This document shows positions 57,501 through 64,000 of a stretch of 64,000 nucleotides of DNA, one piece after another. The stretch covers positions 144,363 to 208,362 of the forward strand of contig CALXOJ010000001.1 of the NCBI GenBank assembly GCA_944390005.1. The letters are read 5' to 3'. Made by a program: the position numbers and the translations under genes. The stretch comes from an uncultured Spirochaetota bacterium (GTDB taxonomy: Bacteria; Spirochaetota; Spirochaetia; JAFGXN01). A model generated the notes under the pieces. That model saw only the letters and a list, made by a program, of their open reading frames with translations. It had not been told where the DNA came from and searched no databases. Positions within the stretch are counted from its first letter, which is position 1; every line of letters begins with the position of its first letter.

Positions 57501-58067
57501 ATGAAAAATTTATCCGAAATTAAAATCGCCGTTTCCGGTAAAAGCGGATGCGGCAATTCGACGGTCAGCCGTCTGTTAGCCGAAAAACTCGGTCTGAAAC
57601 TGATCAACTATACATTTCACAACATGGCGGAAGAAGCCGGTATTCCGTTCGAAGAATTTTGCCGCCGTGCGGAAAACGATCCGTCGTTTGATTACGCTCT
57701 CGACGATAAACAGCTCCGGCTGGCGCAAAACGGAGGCGTGGTTCTCGGTTCGCGGTTGGCGGTTTGGCTGTTGAAAGACGCCGATTTAAAAGTCTATCTG
57801 TATGCGCCGGCGGAAATCCGCTCCGGTCGGATTCACAGCCGAGAAGGCGGTTGTCCCCGTGAAAAAGCCGCAGAAACCGAAGCGCGCGATGCACGCGACA
57901 GCAACCGTTACCGCCGCCTGTACAATATCGACAATAACGATTACGGTTTCTGCGATCTTATCATCGATACTTCGGAAAAAAATCCCGACCAAATCGTTTC
58001 GGAAATCGTCGCGGCCGTTTACAAAATGCTTGAAATCGGTTATAATGATAAAAGGAGCGATAAATGA
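57501..58067 (+). CDS. cytidylate-kinase-like family P-loop protein
   Basis: IAVSGKSGCGNSTVSRLLAEKLG P-loop; short 188-aa single-domain NMP-kinase-like fold. Confidence 0.6.
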   Translation: MKNLSEIKIAVSGKSGCGNSTVSRLLAEKLGLKLINYTFHNMAEEAGIPFEEFCRRAENDPSFDYALDDKQLRLAQNGGVVLGSRLAVWLLKDADLKVYLYAPAEIRSGRIHSREGGCPREKAAETEARDARDSNRYRRLYNIDNNDYGFCDLIIDTSEKNPDQIVSEIVAAVYKMLEIGYNDKRSDK

Positions 58068-58261
58068 CCGGATCTGTAATTCCTTTGGACAAAATGGTAA
58101 ATTATAACGGAAATTTCTATGAAATGACCAATGCGATGATTAAGCGTGCCGATGCGCTGACGAAACATCCCGAAAAAGTGAAAGAGGGCGTTAAAATTTG
58201 CTCCGAAGCGATTCGCGAGATTCTTGACGGCGAAGTCAAATTTTCCATTGGTGACGAATAA
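58064..58261 (+). CDS. rpoZ: probable DNA-directed RNA polymerase subunit omega
   Basis: 65 aa. NFYEMTNAMIKRADAL resembles the omega NRYELVxxAAKRARQL core. Located after a yicC-kinase pair, as in many genomes. AAAGGAG ribosome-binding site. Confidence 0.45.
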   Translation: MTGSVIPLDKMVNYNGNFYEMTNAMIKRADALTKHPEKVKEGVKICSEAIREILDGEVKFSIGDE

Positions 58262-59144
58262 GCCGGCTGTCGTCCTTCTTTTCGGCCCGACGGCTGTCGG
58301 TAAAACCGATTGTCTGACGGAACTTTTCTGCGATAAGGCGGAAATTATTAATGCCGATTCGATGCAGGTTTATCGCGGAATGGATATCGGAACGGCAAAG
58401 CCGGACAGCCGCTTTCTTTCTCGAATCCCCCATCATTTAATTGACATCCGAAGTCCTAACGAGCCGTTTAATGCCGGTGATTTTGTTAAAGAGGCGGAAC
58501 GGTTGCTGCCGGAAATTCTTTCTCGCGGTCGTCTGCCTGTCATTTGCGGCGGAACAGCGTTTTACTTCATTAATTTCCTGTTCGGATTGCCTCAAGCGCC
58601 TCCGACCGATCGGAAAACGGCGGCGGAAATCGAATCAGAGGTGTTAAACGGCGGACGGGAGCGGCTTTTTGAAGAGCTTCGCCTCAAAGATCCGGTAAGC
58701 GCGGCTCGGATTCCTATCGGCGACACTTATCGGCTGGTGCGGGCGTTGGAGGTTTTTCGCACAAGCGGTCGTCCTCTTTCGTCTTACCAAACGGGACAAA
58801 TTCCCCGCTCTGATTATCGTTTTAAAATTATCGAACTGATACGCCCGCGCGCAGAGTTGTACGAACGCATCAACCGCCGTGTCGAACAAATGTTTAACGA
58901 CGGTCTTCCCGAGGAGTGGAAACGGCTGTGCGCGAACGGCTGTACGGCGGATTCACCCGGAATGAGGGCTATCGGCTATGCGGAGTTTTTTCGTTCGGAT
59001 AATCCTAATGAAGTCAAAGAACTGATTCAAAAAAATTCGCGCCGTTACGCCAAACGGCAAATCACGTTTTTTCAAAAAATTCCCGAACGCCGCCGCTTCT
59101 CTCCGTCGGAAATCGAAGAAATGCGCGATTTTATTTTTTTGTGA
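58224..59144 (+). CDS. miaA: tRNA dimethylallyltransferase
   Basis: P-loop GPTAVGKT and DSMQVYRGMDIGTAKP. True start probably GTG about 58251, just before the rpoZ stop. Confidence 0.9.
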   Translation: MTAKSNFPLVTNKPAVVLLFGPTAVGKTDCLTELFCDKAEIINADSMQVYRGMDIGTAKPDSRFLSRIPHHLIDIRSPNEPFNAGDFVKEAERLLPEILSRGRLPVICGGTAFYFINFLFGLPQAPPTDRKTAAEIESEVLNGGRERLFEELRLKDPVSAARIPIGDTYRLVRALEVFRTSGRPLSSYQTGQIPRSDYRFKIIELIRPRAELYERINRRVEQMFNDGLPEEWKRLCANGCTADSPGMRAIGYAEFFRSDNPNEVKELIQKNSRRYAKRQITFFQKIPERRRFSPSEIEEMRDFIFL

Positions 59145-59152
59145 AATCGTGT

Positions 59153-59180
59153 TTACAAATTCCGCAGGAATCGGTATATT
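59153..59180 (+). promoter_or_regulatory. sigma70-like promoter
   Basis: TTTACA-N16-TATATT. The spacer contains the small palindrome ATTCCgcagGAAT. Confidence 0.45.
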
Positions 59181-59210
59181 AATGAAAACGGAAATCAACG
59201 GAGGTTTTCT

Positions 59211-59801
59211 ATGAACGATGATATCATTCCTGAAATCGAGATTCGGGAAGTCAGCATAGTGGATCAATTTTCGCGGCGAGGTTATATCGCGGCAGGAGTT
59301 CTTTTTTTAATTGCCGGTATTTTGACAGCTGTTTTTGCATCGGAGCTGCCGCAAATTGTCATTACATTTTTCGGCGTGCTGTCGATTTTATTGGGAGCGT
59401 TTACGGCTGTCTATGGAATTCTGAAAAGAAACATTTACGGTTTGTTTTTCCCCATTGGAGCGGGAGCACTTTTTTTGATTTTGGGAATTGCGTGCACTTT
59501 TTTTTCTTCTGATATTTTGAAACTGATTACGTGGATCATTTCGTTCTGTATTTTCGGGGCTTCGATTTTTGCTCTTTATTTCTGGTATTTGACTAAAGCG
59601 TACCGCGGTTCTGTCGGATTTTTGATTGACGGACTGATTATGCTGGCGATTGCCGTTACTATGTGGGTGATCGGCGGTGTCAATCCGGTGTTGTTTCGGA
59701 ACCTGATCGGCTACTTTTTTGCTTTTGTCTGGTTTGCCTGTGCGGCGTTTATTTTTACCGGATTGATTGTTAATCGGTTTAAAATCAAATCGTTCCGTTG
59801 A
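59211..59801 (+). CDS. polytopic membrane protein, unknown function
   Basis: Five or six hydrophobic helices; 196 aa. Confidence 0.5.
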   Translation: MNDDIIPEIEIREVSIVDQFSRRGYIAAGVLFLIAGILTAVFASELPQIVITFFGVLSILLGAFTAVYGILKRNIYGLFFPIGAGALFLILGIACTFFSSDILKLITWIISFCIFGASIFALYFWYLTKAYRGSVGFLIDGLIMLAIAVTMWVIGGVNPVLFRNLIGYFFAFVWFACAAFIFTGLIVNRFKIKSFR

Positions 59802-59804
59802 AGT

Positions 59805-60671
59805 TTACGTTGCTGTAATCGAATAGGCGCACCGGAACGTTTTCCCTGATTTCAGACAGTGGATTTTCCATTTTGATTCGAAGGGACGCGGACCGTCGGC
59901 TTTATCATCAATTCCGCACCACGGTTCAAAGCAGATAAAGTCGGCTCCGTCCGTCGGTTTTGACCAGAATGCCATAAAATCGAAATTTTTGATTTTCATC
60001 TCAATCTGCCGTCCGTCTTTTGAGGTGCGCAGCCGGAATTTCTTTGAATTTGGACGCTCGACAATCAGTGCGTCTTGAGTGAAAAGTGAGTTGAGAAGAG
60101 AAATTCGGCGGTTCTGAATCGGCAGGATGCGGTACCCGTCGACTAAGTCGTTTTGAATCAGCGGCTGTTTTGGATTTTCTTCTTTTTCAAATTCGATAAA
60201 ATAATCGGAATATTTCAGCGTCGGGTTGATCGGACAGGCAAACGCGGGATGCCCTCCGACGGAGAAGTAGAGCTTTCTTTTTCCCTTATTTTTAACCGTG
60301 TATGTGATTTTCAGGCGATTGCGTTTCAGTGTGTAGGTGATGCGAAGCAGGTAATCGAATGGATAGTTTTCTTTCCGTTCGCAGAGAGTGAAAACGGCTT
60401 TTGTCTCTGAAAGAGACTCGACGGTAAACTCACTGTCACGGGCGAAGCCGTGGTTGCCCATTTCGTATGGCTGAGAATCGTAAACAAATCGACCGTCTTT
60501 CAATCCTCCGATAATCGGAAAAAGGTGAGGCGCTCTTCTGCCCCAGAATTTCGGATTGCCTTGCCACAGGTATTCGGTCGCGTCGGCTTTCCCGAAAAGC
60601 GACTGCATTTCGGCTCCGAATGATGAAATCGTTACTTTCAGTTTATCGTTTTCCAGCGTGATGTATGGCAT
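59805..60671 (-). CDS. aldose 1-epimerase family protein (LacX-like)
   Basis: MPYITLENDKLKVTISSFGAEM... start and the GGHPAF motif. Confidence 0.75.
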   Translation of the reverse strand: MPYITLENDKLKVTISSFGAEMQSLFGKADATEYLWQGNPKFWGRRAPHLFPIIGGLKDGRFVYDSQPYEMGNHGFARDSEFTVESLSETKAVFTLCERKENYPFDYLLRITYTLKRNRLKITYTVKNKGKRKLYFSVGGHPAFACPINPTLKYSDYFIEFEKEENPKQPLIQNDLVDGYRILPIQNRRISLLNSLFTQDALIVERPNSKKFRLRTSKDGRQIEMKIKNFDFMAFWSKPTDGADFICFEPWCGIDDKADGPRPFESKWKIHCLKSGKTFRCAYSITAT

Positions 60672-61452
60672 GACTGTTAACCTCCCACTCTTTTCTGATG
60701 TTGTGCAGATAATCTTTGACGGCTCCGGCATCGTGCTTTTTAACCAAGGTGCAAAGTTCCTCCAGCGCGGTTTTAACGGCTTCGATGCGGGCGGCTCCGC
60801 GGCGGTTTAACAGAATTTCCGTTAAAAGTTCATCGTCTTCGGAGAGCAGTCCATCAGCAATTTCCATGTGTTTTTTGAATGTTGTTCCCGGCGCCTGAAT
60901 CGGTTTCAGACAGGAAACAAATGCCAGCGTTGCGGCGAACGGTGTTGTCAGCGAGTACGCCGTCAGTTCGTCGTGTTCCTCAAAACCGGTTTCGAAGACT
61001 TTAACACCGAGGTTTTCGTAAAAACGACGGAAGAAGTTTTTGCCCTCGGTGCATGATTCGGAAATGATGATTGCCGACTGCGTTTTGAGGTTGCCGATGT
61101 CGGCAAAAGTAGGACCGAACATCGGATGGGTAGAGACAAATCGAAATCCGCTGTTGATATAAAATTGCTTTAAATCATTTTTGACAGAGGCAATATCGGA
61201 AATGATACAATTTTTTGAGAGGAACGGAATGACTGCCCGGAAGGCGTTTTCCGTTTGCGCCAATCCGGCGGCATTGATAAGCAGCTCGGGCGCAAAATCC
61301 CGAATTTCCTCACCGTCAATCAAGCGGCGGACATTGAAAAGATACTTCAGTTTGGTTTTATCGGTATCAAAGACAGCAGTCTCTTCGTCAAGGCAAAACG
61401 AATCGGATAGCCATCTTCCCATGCGGCCGGCTCCGAGTATTAAAATTCGCAT
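60643..61452 (-). CDS. tyrA: prephenate dehydrogenase
   Basis: ILILGAGRMG Rossmann start and the STHPMFGP motif. Confidence 0.8.
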   Translation of the reverse strand: MRILILGAGRMGRWLSDSFCLDEETAVFDTDKTKLKYLFNVRRLIDGEEIRDFAPELLINAAGLAQTENAFRAVIPFLSKNCIISDIASVKNDLKQFYINSGFRFVSTHPMFGPTFADIGNLKTQSAIIISESCTEGKNFFRRFYENLGVKVFETGFEEHDELTAYSLTTPFAATLAFVSCLKPIQAPGTTFKKHMEIADGLLSEDDELLTEILLNRRGAARIEAVKTALEELCTLVKKHDAGAVKDYLHNIRKEWEVNSHAIHHAGKR

Positions 61453-61514
61453 AAAATACCCCTTATTTTAAACCAAACACTTGATTTTAATCCGAAAAAT
61501 GGTTAGAGTCAATT

Positions 61515-61543
61515 ATCGAATAAAAAGTTAATTTTTATTCGAT
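61515..61543. promoter_or_regulatory. perfect 12-bp inverted repeat ATCGAATAAAAA-gttaa-TTTTTATTCGAT in the dCMP deaminase/tyrA intergenic region
   Basis: Read directly from the sequence. Lies 60-90 bp upstream of the tyrA start and directly downstream of the dCMP deaminase stop. Confidence 0.5.
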
Positions 61544-61557
61544 AAAAATTATCGCTC

Positions 61558-62046
61558 TTAAACGATTCCGTAATCAACGGTGATTGTTTTCCTTCGGGTT
61601 GACAGCGGTCGGAACGAAACGCCGGCTTCGGTCAGCATCCGCTTCGAAGCTTTGACTCCGTCCGTGTCCGCATACTTATCCGAAATAAAGATGATCTCCG
61701 TAATGCCCGCCTGAATGATGGCTTTGGCGCATTCGTTGCAAGGAAAAAGTCCGACGTAGATGCGGCATCCTTTCAAAGTCCGCGAGGCCGAGTTCAGAAT
61801 GGCGTTTAATTCGGCGTGGCAGACGTACGGATATTTGGTTTCGAGAAAGTTGCCGCTGCGTTCCCATGGGAAAGTTTCATCGCTGCAGCCTTTCGGGAAG
61901 CCGTTGTAGCCGGTGCCGACGATGACATTATCGATATTAACAATGCAGGCGCCGACTTGTGTGGATGGATCTTTACTGCGTTTTGCCGACAGCAGAGCGA
62001 CGCCCATAAAGTATTCGTCCCAGTCGATATAATCGGTGCGTTTCAT
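61558..62046 (-). CDS. deoxycytidylate (dCMP) deaminase
   Basis: HAE...PCNECA zinc-binding motifs ([20 protein letters not shown]). Confidence 0.85.
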   Translation of the reverse strand: MKRTDYIDWDEYFMGVALLSAKRSKDPSTQVGACIVNIDNVIVGTGYNGFPKGCSDETFPWERSGNFLETKYPYVCHAELNAILNSASRTLKGCRIYVGLFPCNECAKAIIQAGITEIIFISDKYADTDGVKASKRMLTEAGVSFRPLSTRRKTITVDYGIV

Positions 62047-62105
62047 CCCGTTCCTCCGGTTTTTTATCGGGAAAAGAGAGGATAAAGTTGAGAAAGGAGT
62101 TTTTT

Positions 62106-63131
62106 GTGAATGTAAGAGGTTTAATCCTTACTGCGGTTGCGGTCGTTTTTGCGCTGACAGGCTGTTTGACCCGCCCCGAAACCGATAAAACGGCTTTGGG
62201 AGAGAGGCGCATTGTCGGTTATTTTCCGGCAGCGGCAATTGCTTTGGAGCAATACAATCCCGGATTGGAGTATTTAACGCACATCAATCTGTGGTTTTTT
62301 AATTACGATCGAAAGGGAGAAATTTCATCGCCGCGAGTGTCGACGTTGATGCTGAAGCGTTTTATCGCGGAAGCTCACGGCGAACAAACCAAGGTTTTTG
62401 TTTCGATCGGAGGCGGACATGTGACGGCTCGAACGGAAGCGGGGCGCCGTTATTTGGCGCTTTTTCGCGAAAAGAATTTTGAACCGATAATTGAAGCGTT
62501 GATTCGTTTTGCCGATTTGACCGGGATTGACGGAATCGATCTCGATTTTGAAGGCGATATGATGGTTCCCGAGTACAGTGATTTTATCATCGAGTTAGCC
62601 GATGCTATTGCCGATAAGCCGTATCAGCTCTCGGGAGCGTTCGGTTATTGGGGGGCGCGGAAAATGCGCGATGCGGCTGTCACTTCGTTTGATTTTTTAA
62701 ATTTGATGATTTACAACGAATCGGGATTGTTCGACAAAGAGTTGAAAGACCATTCTTCATTTGCTCATGTTGAAAAAACAGTCGCTTATTGGCAGAATCA
62801 ACGCGGTATTGACCGTTCAAAGCTGGTTATCGGTGTTCCGTTCTACGGCTGGCAGAGAACTGTTGACGCAGACGGACGTATTCTCAATGAAGGTTCCATT
62901 ACTTACCGCGAAATCAGTGAAAATTATCCGGAACAGTCGCTGAATTCGGATTTTTTGACGCTGCCGACCGAAGAGGGCGGCAGAACCGTTATCACCTTCA
63001 ATAGTCTTGATTTGATTCGCAAGAAGAGCCACTATGCGCGCTCATTCGGCGGAATTATGGCGTGGCACATTGCACAGGACACTCCCGATTTAAGTTTGCT
63101 GCAGGCGGTCTACCTCGGTTTAATCGATTGA
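62106..63131 (+). CDS. glycoside hydrolase family 18 lipoprotein (chitinase/endo-beta-N-acetylglucosaminidase-like)
   Basis: DGIDLDFE catalytic DxxDxDxE motif and lipobox LTGC. GTG start 6 nt after AAAGGAG. Confidence 0.75.
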   Translation: MNVRGLILTAVAVVFALTGCLTRPETDKTALGERRIVGYFPAAAIALEQYNPGLEYLTHINLWFFNYDRKGEISSPRVSTLMLKRFIAEAHGEQTKVFVSIGGGHVTARTEAGRRYLALFREKNFEPIIEALIRFADLTGIDGIDLDFEGDMMVPEYSDFIIELADAIADKPYQLSGAFGYWGARKMRDAAVTSFDFLNLMIYNESGLFDKELKDHSSFAHVEKTVAYWQNQRGIDRSKLVIGVPFYGWQRTVDADGRILNEGSITYREISENYPEQSLNSDFLTLPTEEGGRTVITFNSLDLIRKKSHYARSFGGIMAWHIAQDTPDLSLLQAVYLGLID

Positions 63132-63135
63132 GCGT

Positions 63136-63984
63136 TTAGCTGCGCGGTCGGTTTGGTTTCGCTGCCGGTAGTTTTTCTGATTTGATTTTGCGAAACGGTG
63201 CGGTTGCTTTTACCAGTATCCACTCTAAACTGAAGCGGTAGCCGATTTTCTCCCAGAATTTCAAAATTACAGCCCATAGCAGAATCATAAAAACGGCGTA
63301 ACTCAGCCAAACGGCGGGGTGAGTCATAAAAAAGTCGGGCTGAATGTTTTTCATATCGGGAACGGGTGCGCCCGACAGCGTATGAAGGATTTTTGCGAAG
63401 AGGGTGTGAACGGTGGTTTCGTAAACGAAAATAGTCAGAGAAAGCGTTCCGAAGCGGATGACAGGGTGAACGCGTTCGGCAATTTTCGTTTTGTCCTGCG
63501 GCTGTCGAAAATCAAAAATTTTCAGCAGAAGCGGGAAGCCCCAAAAGATGAGCACGGCGCCAAAAAACTGAAACTCCGTCGGCAGCGTTTTGTAGTCAAG
63601 GAAGGCGTTGCCGATCTTTCCGGTTAAAACGTCGGGAGAGTTTTCGGCAACGGCTGTGATCAATCCGGCTTTTTCAAAAAAGGCGCCGACTGCCGTTTCT
63701 CGTCCCAGCGTAAAGAGTAATTTGACGCCGACAAAAACAATCAGGAGGATGAGGGAGGCGAGCGCAAGCGGACGGGTTTTTTGTCGAACTTCGGCATAAG
63801 TCGGTTTGTAATGAAGCAGAACCCCGAACCACAATCCGAAAATAATAAAAGGAAAAATTCCCGGCAGGCAGTGCATTCGAGCGGCAAAAAACGAGAGCGG
63901 AATGGACAAAAGTCTCAGCACGCCTTCCGCGTGATAAAAATATTCAAACGGTATCCAAAATAGGTACCAGATGTACGGCGACAA
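63136..63984 (-). CDS. polytopic membrane protein (acyltransferase-3/DUF1624-like?), possibly N-terminally truncated by window end
   Basis: Multiple TM helices. The ORF's first start is a TTG at 63984, and the frame stays open to the window edge. Confidence 0.45.
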   Translation of the reverse strand: MSPYIWYLFWIPFEYFYHAEGVLRLLSIPLSFFAARMHCLPGIFPFIIFGLWFGVLLHYKPTYAEVRQKTRPLALASLILLIVFVGVKLLFTLGRETAVGAFFEKAGLITAVAENSPDVLTGKIGNAFLDYKTLPTEFQFFGAVLIFWGFPLLLKIFDFRQPQDKTKIAERVHPVIRFGTLSLTIFVYETTVHTLFAKILHTLSGAPVPDMKNIQPDFFMTHPAVWLSYAVFMILLWAVILKFWEKIGYRFSLEWILVKATAPFRKIKSEKLPAAKPNRPRS

Positions 63985-64000
63985 AACAGCGGAAGTAAAC

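Noticed and set aside
58036-58060. TTGAAA...TATAAT-like hexamers at the end of the cytidylate-kinase-like gene
   Set aside because: The hexamers are only 5 nt apart, so it is not a functional -35/-10 pair. The AAAGGAG there is simply the ribosome-binding site of the omega-like ORF.
1-64000. CRISPR arrays, tRNA/rRNA genes, transposases, integrases, phage structural genes
   Set aside because: I scanned for direct-repeat arrays, GGTTCGA(A/T)TCC-type tRNA T-arm signatures on both strands, and DDE/tyrosine-recombinase or phage hallmark motifs. None was found, so no mobile element or CRISPR call can be supported even for the GC-shifted block.

Overview
This 64-kb window looks chromosomal. It is densely coding (about 58 CDS, roughly 90%) and mostly housekeeping genes in tightly coupled or overlapping operons, with no rRNA, tRNA, CRISPR array, transposase or integrase that I could find. 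The gene content (many lipoproteins, cdaA-cdaR, sialidase, Ig-like plus leucine-rich-repeat surface proteins, about 50% GC) suggests a host-associated spirochete or Treponema-like anaerobe; that is a low-confidence inference. Recognisable content: a partial OmpR-type response regulator; aroC-aroK; a four-gene RND efflux operon (membrane fusion protein, RND permease, an embedded lipoprotein, TolC-like channel); a 963-aa exported protein combining a thermolysin-type HExxH zinc-peptidase motif with a TolB-like beta-propeller; an overlapping minus-strand cluster HAD-hisD-folC-hisC-NFACT/RqcH; cdaA-cdaR-acpS-DUF2225-truA-UDG4-priA-def-fmt-PASTA protein-lipoprotein; DUF2130; ispD-MBL; rel/spoT-prmC-prfA; a sialidase with four Asp-boxes; mdh; rhodanese; ABC-F; YihY; murC; yicC-(cytidylate-kinase-like)-rpoZ-miaA; aldose epimerase-tyrA; dCMP deaminase; a GH18 lipoprotein. 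The most unusual region is a block of elevated GC at about 44.0-51.1 kb. It holds an orphan type I restriction S-subunit fragment, a tiny FmdB-like zinc-ribbon ORF, three tandem paralogous lipoproteins built from bacterial Ig-like (Big_2) domains plus leucine-rich repeats (LRRs), and a lipoprotein zinc-metallopeptidase whose HExxH...WxxEG motif also occurs in the 963-aa protein. I also noted several near-consensus sigma70-type promoters (two abutting start codons, which could mean leaderless transcripts), perfect palindromes in two promoter regions, and a 490-bp non-coding gap. Coordinates of motifs I located by hand may be off by 1-2 nt; CDS ends follow the supplied ORF track, and starts were refined by ribosome-binding-site inspection. 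All functional calls rest on motif and family recognition by eye; no database search was possible.
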